NCBI GenBank assembly: GCA_963748615.1
Contig: CAVVJQ010000003.1
Span: 97,082-161,081, forward strand
Direction of reading: 5' to 3'
DNA: 64,000 nucleotides
Source: an uncultured Thermoplasmata archaeon
GTDB lineage: Archaea > Thermoplasmatota > Thermoplasmata > UBA10834
Position numbers and translations under genes: made by a program. This document shows, piece by piece, positions 10,349 to 18,302 of this stretch. The notes beneath the pieces were generated by a model. The model made no database searches and had not been told where the DNA came from. It worked only from the letters and a program-made list of their open reading frames with translations. Within the stretch, counting starts at the first letter, position 1, and each line of letters opens with the position of its first letter.

Positions 10349-11128
10349 GTGACGGACGTCGCAGGCCTGTTAGATGCGCTCCGAGCGGCAGTCAAGGAGT
10401 GCATCGGTCAGGAATCAGAGGTTGCGGTAGCATATTCGGGGGGATTGGATAGTTCCATCATCGATTCACTCGCGACAGAGATCACACACACGTCACGATA
10501 CATATGCGCGGTTCGGGGATCACCGGATGACCGACTGGCGATAGAGATGGCGAACATGCATGGGACTAGACCAGAAGTCATCATGCTATCCGAACAGATG
10601 ATCACGTCATATGTCAGAGAGGCTGCATCCGCTTTGAATACGACGAATCCAGTGCAGATCGCATACACGATACCTATACTGGCGGTGATCGCATCCGCGA
10701 CAGAACGGCTTATTCTCGCAGGAAGTGTCGCAGATGAACTCTTCGGCGGTTATGCGAAGTACCTGAGGAAAGAAGATCCGACCATTCAAATGGTCGGAGA
10801 TCTCGAAAAGGCCGTTAGGGAGACCGAGAAGCTCAAGGAGATAGCCTCGTCGAAAGGGAAGGCCATCTGCTTTCCATTCGCATTGAGACAGGTGATGGAC
10901 CTTGCGTCGGGCATCCCTCTGAAGAGGAAGATCGAGGGGGATGGACGCAAGATAATCCTTCGACAAGCGGCCAGGCAACTTGACATCGAAGCGCATGACC
11001 GTCCGAAGAAAGCGGCTCAGTATAGCTCAGGCGTAATGAAGGAGATGGAGAGGCTGGCGAAGAGTGACGGACTCGATACCAAGTCATGGGTTGGGAATAT
11101 AGTCTCGTTCGACCACAGAACTTCTTAA
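10349..11128 (+). CDS. Asparagine synthase C-terminal (ATP pyrophosphatase) domain protein lacking the glutaminase domain
   Basis: YSGGLDSS PP-loop, ADELFGGY, KIILR and RPKKAAQYSSG motifs. Start uncertain (10295 or GTG at 10349). Confidence 0.85.
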   Translation: MTDVAGLLDALRAAVKECIGQESEVAVAYSGGLDSSIIDSLATEITHTSRYICAVRGSPDDRLAIEMANMHGTRPEVIMLSEQMITSYVREAASALNTTNPVQIAYTIPILAVIASATERLILAGSVADELFGGYAKYLRKEDPTIQMVGDLEKAVRETEKLKEIASSKGKAICFPFALRQVMDLASGIPLKRKIEGDGRKIILRQAARQLDIEAHDRPKKAAQYSSGVMKEMERLAKSDGLDTKSWVGNIVSFDHRTS

Positions 11129-11154
11129 TATGCAGGTGGATTTGCACCTTTGTC

Positions 11155-12477
11155 ATGAGCTACACCGACTTGGTAGGCTGGATGTTCAATCTTGAGAGAT
11201 TCGGCATAAAGCTGGGATTGGACAACATGCGGGAGTTCCTAGAAAGGATAGGGAATCCCCACCATGAGTTCCGGTCCATACATGTCACGGGCACCAATGG
11301 CAAAGGATCCGTCTGCACTTTCGTATCAGAGATTCTCAAGGCACACGGCTTCAAGGTCGGACTGTATACCTCACCACATCTCGTCGATTTCCGTGAGAGG
11401 ATCAAGGTCAATGGTCAGGACATACCGGAAGATGCCGTGGTCAGAATCGGAAAAGAACTCCGCGCCGAAATGGAGTCCATGGCGAGAGAAAGCACGGATA
11501 AGCAATTGACTTTCTTCGAATTCACGACCGGGCTCGCATTCAGATACTTTGCCGAGGAGAAAGTGGATTTTGTTGTCGCTGAGGTAGGCATGGGGGGAAG
11601 GCTCGATGCCACCAATGTGATCAAACCAGACGTGTCAGTCATAACTAGAATAGGGCTGGAGCACACTGACTACCTTGGCAGCACAATCTCCGAGATTGCC
11701 TATGAGAAGGCAGGCATAATCAAGAAGGGAGCTCCAGTCGTGACTTGTGAGCGGGATCCATCTATACTCAGCATCTTCGGTAAGAAGTGCGATGAGTATG
11801 ATGTGCCGCTGGTGAGAATCGACCTTGATTTCGCCGTCGATTGCATCAGACAGACTTTGTCTGGAACATCATTCAATTACTCAGGCAAGAGAGAGATCAT
11901 GAATCTTGAGACGGCTCTGATTGGAGGATATCAGGCAGAGAACGCCGCTGCAGCAATCGCATGCATGGAATGTCTCACAGAAAAGGGGGACAACATAACC
12001 GAAGAAGAGATCTGCAAAGGACTCGCAGAAGCCAGTTGGCCCGGTAGAATGCAGATCGTACAGACCGAGCCTCTGCTGATTCTCGATGGAGGCCACAATC
12101 CCGATGGTGTGCGAATGGTAATGTCGACTCTGAAAGCGCTTGGTGTACTGCCGATGACTTTCGTGATTGGCTGCATGAATGATAAGGACGCGAGGGAAAT
12201 CCTCCGGGCGATTGTTCCTCACGCATCCAAGATTATAGCGACCCAGGTTGACAACAAGCGTGCGCTCCCGGCAGACGCTCTATATGAGATCGTGAAGGAG
12301 GAGTTCAAGGGTCATTCATCCGTCTCGATGACTTCCTCCAGGGGGATAGAGATGGCATTGGAGAGCACTCCTGGAAAAGGGGTATGCGTGATAGGGTCCC
12401 TCTACTTGGTCGGAGAAGCCATCCAGTGGATGGAAAAGAATGGGCGTGGAGAGGCCTCGACTTCGCACAAGATATAA
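11155..12477 (+). CDS. folC: Folylpolyglutamate/dihydrofolate synthase
   Basis: HVTGTNGKGS, YTSPHL, EVGMGGRLDATN, WPGR, LDGGHNPDG and GSLYLVGE motifs. Confidence 0.95.
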   Translation: MSYTDLVGWMFNLERFGIKLGLDNMREFLERIGNPHHEFRSIHVTGTNGKGSVCTFVSEILKAHGFKVGLYTSPHLVDFRERIKVNGQDIPEDAVVRIGKELRAEMESMARESTDKQLTFFEFTTGLAFRYFAEEKVDFVVAEVGMGGRLDATNVIKPDVSVITRIGLEHTDYLGSTISEIAYEKAGIIKKGAPVVTCERDPSILSIFGKKCDEYDVPLVRIDLDFAVDCIRQTLSGTSFNYSGKREIMNLETALIGGYQAENAAAAIACMECLTEKGDNITEEEICKGLAEASWPGRMQIVQTEPLLILDGGHNPDGVRMVMSTLKALGVLPMTFVIGCMNDKDAREILRAIVPHASKIIATQVDNKRALPADALYEIVKEEFKGHSSVSMTSSRGIEMALESTPGKGVCVIGSLYLVGEAIQWMEKNGRGEASTSHKI

Positions 12478-12511
12478 ATGGGCCCTGTGTATTGAGGCGT
12501 ACAACCAGTAT

Positions 12512-12585
12512 GCGGCTGTAGTGTAGTCTGGTTATCACTTGAGCTTGCCAAGCTCAAAACTCGGGTTCAAATCCCGGCGGCCGCA
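12512..12585 (+). tRNA. tRNA-Gly(GCC)
   Basis: Cloverleaf: acceptor GCGGCTG/CGGCCGC, anticodon stem TGAGC/GCTCA with GCC at 12547-12549, T-arm CGGG-TTCAAAT-CCCG, discriminator A. CCA is not encoded. Confidence 0.97.
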
Positions 12586-12630
12586 CGTCCATTCTTTTAG
12601 GAAAAGGCCATATGGGCGGAGGGATATCAC

Positions 12631-13503
12631 TCATCCGGCTGTATTCTTCTTCAATCTATGCAGAGTCAAGAAAATCAATACAACAATGATTGCTGGCACA
12701 AGAACTGCAGCTGAAGCCAGGATCCAGATATTCAGAGAATCGTCCTCTACATATGGGCTCATCAATGGATAGAGATCCGCGAAAAACCATGAGCGGGACC
12801 CGATGAAGTACGTATCACCTATGCCATCGCTGCCGTCCAAATCCTGATTTGGCCCGCTTTTGACGTCTACCCCTGAATAGACGTCCCAGAAGTTGCCCCC
12901 GTTCGGATAACCGTCGTCGAGCCGCACGACATCGTTTGTCCAATCGATTGCCAGCATCAGGCTATCATAGATATTGTTGTGATAGAAACTGATGCGAGTG
13001 CAATAGCGCATTAACAGCGCTCCGTCATCGTTGGTTGAGAAGTCATTTTCGCTGATGGTAATATCGTGGCAATTTGAACAGATAATGCCGGCAGAGTTGC
13101 CCTCGATTTCATTTTCTGTCACTCTCCCATTCTGGCATGAACTGAACCATATGCCCGTGGAACATTCCTGAATCCTGGTGCCCCGGATAACAAAATGAGA
13201 CGTTGTATTGGAAATTCTGATTCCTGTCGATTCTGGAGAATTGATCACCCAATTCTCAATAACAAATGGGTCACTGGGGGATCCAGTTCCCATTCTTACG
13301 CCATTCTCCGAAGTGAAGTCGATATTACTATCGATGATAATCGCGGCATGGTCATAATGCGCTGAGCCTCGACCTAGGAAGACTGATGGCAAAGCAATGC
13401 AGAGAGCGAGGACAACGAACAACATCGCAACAAAGATCATCGTCAATCGGCTGCGTCTTCCTCTTCGATGATGATCGCAGCTGGAAGAGTCATGACTGCT
13501 CAT
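12631..13503 (-). CDS. NosD/parallel beta-helix (pectin lyase-like) surface protein with N- and C-terminal TM helices
   Basis: GI..S...N..I..N beta-helix repeats and the motif GGNFWD...DGIGDT...DLYPLM; hydrophobic segments at both ends. Confidence 0.82.
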   Translation of the reverse strand: MSSHDSSSCDHHRRGRRSRLTMIFVAMLFVVLALCIALPSVFLGRGSAHYDHAAIIIDSNIDFTSENGVRMGTGSPSDPFVIENWVINSPESTGIRISNTTSHFVIRGTRIQECSTGIWFSSCQNGRVTENEIEGNSAGIICSNCHDITISENDFSTNDDGALLMRYCTRISFYHNNIYDSLMLAIDWTNDVVRLDDGYPNGGNFWDVYSGVDVKSGPNQDLDGSDGIGDTYFIGSRSWFFADLYPLMSPYVEDDSLNIWILASAAVLVPAIIVVLIFLTLHRLKKNTAG

Positions 13504-13840
13504 TTTCGTGAGGCATCCCTTCCGTAAATTGATTATAGAAGCTGACTGCAAGACATTCATTAGATCTTGTGATCACACACAGACGGGCATAAGCAATCAT
13601 CAGGTCGGCCGCATATTCATACCGCCCAAATTCCAGCTCAGCCCATATGTACATGTCCGGTAGGGGGATTTCATATTCACCGGACACTCCTCCCCAAAAC
13701 ACCATGCATTCATCACCTTGATGCCAAGAGAGCAGGTAGGAAATCACATCCGAACTTTGGCGAATAACAGGGACGCTAGGGAGATGATAGTGTGCCTTGG
13801 AAAAAATCTGGCTTGAGTCCCAACCACCCTCGGACATCAC
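13490..13840 (-). CDS. Hypothetical protein or gene remnant
   Basis: 116-aa ORF filling the cassette between the NosD gene and repeat R2; no recognisable motif. Confidence 0.3.
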   Translation of the reverse strand: MMSEGGWDSSQIFSKAHYHLPSVPVIRQSSDVISYLLSWHQGDECMVFWGGVSGEYEIPLPDMYIWAELEFGRYEYAADLMIAYARLCVITRSNECLAVSFYNQFTEGMPHENEQS

Positions 13841-13874
13841 TAGGATTAATAAGCGCTCCGCTATAAGAGGTTGT

Positions 13875-13904
13875 GTCTAGCCACATCATTCTCCCTCGTG
13901 AATG
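13875..13904 (+). repeat. Truncated 5' arm of the tRNA-Gly-associated repeat
   Basis: GTCTAGCCACATCATTCTCCCTCGTGAATG aligns with R3 GTCTAGCTCCGGTCATTTTCCCTCTTGATTG. Confidence 0.55.
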
Positions 13905-13944
13905 TATCCACGATATACTTTATTACGCTCTAGTGCCACCTAGA

Positions 13945-14060
13945 AGGTCTAGCCCCCGTCAATTCCCCCTCTGATTGAAATCAGAAAAATGGGGACTGGC
14001 TAGCGCAGGGTTCGCGGCCCGGCGGCCGCACGTCCATCTTTCTCAGAATATGCCATAAGG
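13945..14060 (+). repeat. Repeat R2: hairpin + tRNA-Gly 3'-end copy + downstream arm (att-like)
   Basis: CCCGGCGGCCGCACGTCCAT at 14018-14037 is identical to 12573-12592. It is preceded by the imperfect palindrome CTAGCC...TCCCC-C-TCTGAT-TGAA-ATCAGA-AAAAT-GGGGA-CT-GGCTAG. Confidence 0.92.
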
Positions 14061-14112
14061 ACAGAATGAAGCTCTCAATGAGTCGAAGGCGATTCGTAAA
14101 CGGGCTGCTGGA

Positions 14113-14463
14113 TTACTCATTCTTGCTGTCCTCGGAGTCAAATCTGTGCTCTCCCCAACGCCTTCGCATCCTCTCGAGGTGTTTCGGTTCTCCTACATGA
14201 TACTCATACATCACCCAAAAGAAAATCAGGCAGCTCCCAGCAATCCAGCTTATCACGAAGAGCATGAGCTCTTTGGCGGAGAGCGCCTCCATTTCTGCGA
14301 GGATGCTCAAGACAATGTAACCTCCGCCTCCAACGAGCACAAGGAGAACAAAAAGAGCTGTCCTGTACCACTCATATGGCACCTTCTTCGGATGATACTG
14401 TTTGATGTGACTACTGTAATCCTCGAAAGAAACAAAGTTGTCACATATATCGCATCTGACCAT
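14113..14463 (-). CDS. Small membrane protein with N-terminal C2H2-like zinc finger and two TM helices
   Basis: MVRCDICDNFVSFEDYSSHIKQYH (CX2CX11HX4H) followed by two hydrophobic helices; GAGG just upstream of the ATG. Confidence 0.7.
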   Translation of the reverse strand: MVRCDICDNFVSFEDYSSHIKQYHPKKVPYEWYRTALFVLLVLVGGGGYIVLSILAEMEALSAKELMLFVISWIAGSCLIFFWVMYEYHVGEPKHLERMRRRWGEHRFDSEDSKNE

Positions 14464-14465
14464 CC

Positions 14466-14804
14466 TCTTGAGAATGACTTCCCGCGCCATCTTACGCGCC
14501 TCTTTGACTTGCTCCGGTATGGTGAAGTGAATTGTGAGGCCGATCACTCCAATTCCGATGAAAACTCCTGCGATTGCCAGGACAGTAAGGCATGCTCGCC
14601 TCGACGCCAAGAACGAAAAGGATGAAGACAATGAAGGCCTCTAACCCAACCCAAACACATACTGCGAGAAGCCCCTTCTTCTCACAGTTCCGTCGACCCT
14701 TTGATGGTATTCTCAGCTTCAATCAAGTCGCGGTGTGCTAGGTTCTTATGTTCCTCGATCCGCGTGCGGTGCATGCGTTCGAAGCAGTACTCGCAGACCT
14801 CCAT
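14466..14804 (-). pseudogene. Frameshifted paralog of the zinc-finger/2-TM protein
   Basis: MEVCEYCFERMHRTRIEEHKNLAH (14682-14804) has the same CX2CX11HX4H spacing. Its TM helices (GLLAVCVWVGLEAFIVFILFVLG; LTVLAIAGVFIGIGVIGLTI) lie in two successive other frames. Confidence 0.55.
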
Positions 14805-14891
14805 TTCCCATGCAGAGCCAGCTACCATCTAAACCGCGGATTCGCGAGTGTCGTAATAATCGTTTCTATGGAAGGCCGAGGAATGAGAATG

Positions 14892-15006
14892 AGGTCTAGC
14901 TCCGGTCATTTTCCCTCTTGATTGAAATCGGAAAAAGGGAGTCTGGCTTGTGCAGGGTGCACGGCCCGGCGGCCGCACCACAATTCTTCTGAGAAAAGAC
15001 CTTAGG
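14892..15006 (+). repeat. Repeat R3: hairpin + tRNA-Gly 3'-end copy + downstream arm
   Basis: AGGTCTAGC...TTCCCTCTTGATTGAAATCGGAAAAAGGGAGTCTGGC...CAGGGT...GGCCCGGCGGCCGCAC...TTCTGAGAAAAGACC is colinear with R2 over its whole length. Confidence 0.9.
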
Positions 15007-15037
15007 GAAGGAAAGGCGTCTGGAGGTCCAATAGAGG

Positions 15038-15571
15038 GTGTGTCTCGTGGCTGAGAAACATGTCAGTCTGATATCAAAGGCGCTCCTAGCGCCCTGGTTT
15101 GGTGAGGTCTACGACATCATTCTCACAGACAGGAGATTCTTATTCGTGTTTGTCGAGAAGTTCGGATTGAGCAACAAGCTTGACGAGAAGCCGAATGAGG
15201 ACAAATACGTAAATGATGATCTCGATTCCCTGACAGCAAGAGAGGGATCTATAACGATTCCCTACTCATCTGTTCAACGCATTCGCATGAAAGGCGTCCA
15301 CAAGAACGAAGGAGGACTGCACTACCTCTACTTGGAGTACAACAATCCTGATGGAAAAAAGAAGAAGCTCAAAGTCTTGCTGCAGAGTCCGACCAGGGTT
15401 GGCAGGGATTCGTTCTTGGCCGCTGTTAGGGACAGCGGAAAACTAGCGGTCGAACAAAATTCGATTCAGCTAGAGTATGCTAACAGCATCAGGCAGAGAC
15501 TTGAGAGGGCTCTTCCAACGTCTATCCTCGAGGATGCTGAGTGGCGCATTGAATACGCTCGCTTTCCCTAG
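15038..15571 (+). CDS. Hypothetical protein, possible PH-like fold
   Basis: YDIILTDRRFLFV...SITIPYSSVQRIRM pattern resembles bacterial PH-like domains; GAGGGTG SD-like sequence upstream. Confidence 0.6.
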   Translation: MCLVAEKHVSLISKALLAPWFGEVYDIILTDRRFLFVFVEKFGLSNKLDEKPNEDKYVNDDLDSLTAREGSITIPYSSVQRIRMKGVHKNEGGLHYLYLEYNNPDGKKKKLKVLLQSPTRVGRDSFLAAVRDSGKLAVEQNSIQLEYANSIRQRLERALPTSILEDAEWRIEYARFP

Positions 15572-15729
15572 TGAATCGGAAAGAAACCTCCTTGTTGAAA
15601 TGCGTCGGCCCATCACAACGACATCAATTGAGAAGGACCGTCATTTTGGTGGCATCTAATCTCGCATATTCCTCAATTCTTGGAAAAGGCCTTGTACTTT
15701 GATGCTGCTTCCCAGAACGGGGAAATGGC

Positions 15730-16320
15730 ATGGCTGCAAGTGTTCCGCCCATTGTAACGAATCCAAAATCGACCCAGACAGATACGCATATTCCAGATCG
15801 GAAAAATCGCAAACCGGTAACAATCTCATCATATGAGACGGCCACCTTCGCAGCTGCTATCGGTCTAGTATTGCTCATCATGGGACTTGCGCTGTCTGTT
15901 TACTACGGAGAGAGATTCATAGTACTGATGAATAGTCCTGAACAGGATATTGATGATTTCCAATCTCTATCGGATGTATCCAATGCGATGGAGTATCTTT
16001 GGAAGCTTGGCGATTTAGCTGTGGTTCTCTCCATTGTTCTGATGATTCATGGCGAGATGAACAGGCGGCAACAAGGTAGGAACGCCACACGTCTACGGCG
16101 AATCCCTCTGCTCAATGCCGAGCTACTGCTACTTCTGGCACTTGCTGCCATGATGGCATCCTTGATTCTATGGGTGTATCTGAGGGAGTTCGAAACCGGC
16201 TTTGACGGAGATCTGATATTGAGACTCTTCAACATAGCAGGCAATATGTCACAGATTGCATGGATTCTTGCGACATCAGCAGTTCTACTAGTCGCAAATG
16301 GACTTCGGAGCGTTGACTGA
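15730..16320 (+). CDS. Hypothetical membrane protein (about 4 TM)
   Basis: 196-aa ORF with four hydrophobic segments. Confidence 0.65.
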   Translation: MAASVPPIVTNPKSTQTDTHIPDRKNRKPVTISSYETATFAAAIGLVLLIMGLALSVYYGERFIVLMNSPEQDIDDFQSLSDVSNAMEYLWKLGDLAVVLSIVLMIHGEMNRRQQGRNATRLRRIPLLNAELLLLLALAAMMASLILWVYLREFETGFDGDLILRLFNIAGNMSQIAWILATSAVLLVANGLRSVD

Positions 16321-16354
16321 TAGGACAGTCAAGAAGCCGAACCCGCTTCCGGGT

Positions 16355-16445
16355 TTGATTGAAATCAGAAAAAGATGCATGGTTAGCTCCACCTCCAGAT
16401 GCATGACCCAGTGATCGCTCATTCATTTTTCTTGAAAAGACGTAG
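16355..16445 (+). repeat. Repeat R4: decayed copy
   Basis: TTGATTGAAATCAGAAAAAG core retained. TGCATGACCCAGTGATCGCTC versus R3 TGCACGGCCCGGCGGCCGCAC differs mostly by transitions. TTCTTGAAAAGAC downstream arm present. Confidence 0.7.
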
Positions 16446-16505
16446 AAACAGGATACCTGCGAAAAGACAATAGAGTTGAACTGCTATCGAGAAAGAGGGA
16501 GAGAA

Positions 16506-16739
16506 ATGACGAGTAGCAGAGAGACTCCACCATCTATCAAGAGTCCTCTATCGCTTGAGGCAGACTATGCTGACCCGATGTTGTACGGTTGGGCGAGTAT
16601 CCTTGTGGGCGTCCTTTCGCTGTTCATCGGGGCATTCATGTTGTTCATATCACCGGTCCTGTTTCCAGTTGCTATCATCCTCGTGTTAGGAGCGGTGTTA
16701 GTTATCGCTGGCACCTGGATGGTCAAAAGAGAGGAATGA
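16506..16739 (+). CDS. Small 2-TM membrane protein
   Basis: Hydrophobic hairpin ending in KREE; GAGGGAG upstream of the ATG. Confidence 0.6.
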   Translation: MTSSRETPPSIKSPLSLEADYADPMLYGWASILVGVLSLFIGAFMLFISPVLFPVAIILVLGAVLVIAGTWMVKREE

Positions 16740-16882
16740 GAGTCATCGTGAGAAGAGACCACAAGGGATGTAATGCTGCAGAAACAGAATTACTCCACAA
16801 GCAGTGTCCCTCCGCCACATCCTATCCATCTTCGGGCAACAGGATAATAAGGGTTCTTCCAGAACAGAGAATTCTGGGCATT

Positions 16883-18127
16883 CTATCTCGATCGATGAGG
16901 TCGCTCATTTCGTCGATTCGTGTTTGACCTTCTCTGACCTCTTTGTTGTTTTGGCGGTGGTCTTGCAGCAGCACCAACGGCATCTCTTGCCGTATTGGAA
17001 TGGAATGAATGAGACATTACTTCGATATTCATCTTTATGAGGCTTTCAATTTCTCTCAAGGCATCCCGTTCATAGCTCGCGCACAGGGAATATGCGGTGC
17101 CCTTCGCTCCTGCTCTTGCGGTACGGCCAATTCGATGGACATAGTTATCAATCTGGTCAACAGGCAAATCATAATTTATTACATGAGATATGTCGTCGAT
17201 ATCAATGCCTCTTGCAGCAATGTCTGTCGCAACCATCACTCTTGCATGTCCAGATTTGAAATTATCTAATGCTCTTGTTCTTTGACTCTGCGATTTGTTA
17301 CCATGTATAGCTTCGGCCCGAATGCCCTGAGTGGTCAGCAACTTGGCGACATTGTTTGCTCTTCTTTTTGTTCTTGTGAATATCAGCACACATTTCAGAT
17401 CTTTATGTTTCAGCAATTCCAATAGAATCGAGATCTTGTCTCTTTCGTCCACAAAGAGGACCTTCTGCTGAACTAGTTTTACCGTGGTTGCCTGAGGGGC
17501 AACTTCAACACGCACAGGATGATGGAGCAGGGTCTTTGCTAGTTCACTTATCCTCGGGGGCATCGTTGCTGAAAGGAATATTGATTGTCTGTGTTCCGGC
17601 AATTTCGCAATGATTCTCTTGACATCAACTAAGAAGCCCATGTCAAGCATTCTATCAACTTCATCGAGGACAAGGAATTCTAAATGGTTTAGATTCACAT
17701 GGCGCTGATTCATCAAGTCCAATAATCTGCCAGGTGTAGCGACAAGGACATCGACTCCCATGGAAATTGCTCTAACCTGAGCGCCTTGGCTGACACCGCC
17801 GAAAATTACGGTGTGCCTGAATCTCATAAATGAGCCGTAGGTTGCAAAGCTTTCATCTATCTGCGCAGCCAATTCTCTAGTCGGCGCAAGAACCAGGGTT
17901 CTGGGAGATCTAGGGATAATACGCCCAGGTGATTGAGACATTATCTGCAATAGGGGCAGAACAAATGCAGCAGTCTTTCCTGTGCCCGTTTGTGCTATCC
18001 CGACCAAATCCTTGCCTTGAAGAATATGTGGGATTGCCCGTTCCTGTATTGGCGTTGGCACGGTATAACCCTGTTTAGCAACTGCATCCAGTAGAGGCTC
18101 TATGAGCTTGAGATCTTTGAACGTCAT
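16883..18127 (-). CDS. rhlE: DEAD-box RNA helicase, RhlE-like
   Basis: Q motif PTPIQ, AQTGTGKT, PTRELA, DEVD, SAT, ARGID, HRIGRTARAG; basic C-terminal tail. Confidence 0.9.
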   Translation of the reverse strand: MTFKDLKLIEPLLDAVAKQGYTVPTPIQERAIPHILQGKDLVGIAQTGTGKTAAFVLPLLQIMSQSPGRIIPRSPRTLVLAPTRELAAQIDESFATYGSFMRFRHTVIFGGVSQGAQVRAISMGVDVLVATPGRLLDLMNQRHVNLNHLEFLVLDEVDRMLDMGFLVDVKRIIAKLPEHRQSIFLSATMPPRISELAKTLLHHPVRVEVAPQATTVKLVQQKVLFVDERDKISILLELLKHKDLKCVLIFTRTKRRANNVAKLLTTQGIRAEAIHGNKSQSQRTRALDNFKSGHARVMVATDIAARGIDIDDISHVINYDLPVDQIDNYVHRIGRTARAGAKGTAYSLCASYERDALREIESLIKMNIEVMSHSFHSNTARDAVGAAARPPPKQQRGQRRSNTNRRNERPHRSR

Positions 18128-18302
18128 TTGTTCCTCTCTCCAATCGTCATCCCCGCAACAGGAGATAAGGGTTATTCATAACTATGTGGACGGTGTAGGC
18201 GCCCATGCTTGTCGCGATTTGAACACAAGCCAGGCAGAGTTTCCCACAATGCCAGGATCATTCGAAAGCACAACATGTCAATGACAATCATACGCATCAC
18301 CC

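Noticed and set aside
13945-15006. Additional tRNA genes at R2 and R3
   Set aside because: Only the T-stem and 3' acceptor strand are present; there is no 5' acceptor strand, D-arm or anticodon arm.
13945-16445. CRISPR array (the repeats contain ATTGAAA, like many archaeal CRISPR repeat ends)
   Set aside because: Units are ~115 bp, degenerate and separated by ~1-1.4 kb of genes rather than 30-45-bp spacers; no cas genes are present.
12586-16445. Classical integron or provirus
   Set aside because: No RYYYAAC/GTTRRRY attC boxes flank the hairpins, and no intI, integrase or viral genes are in the window.
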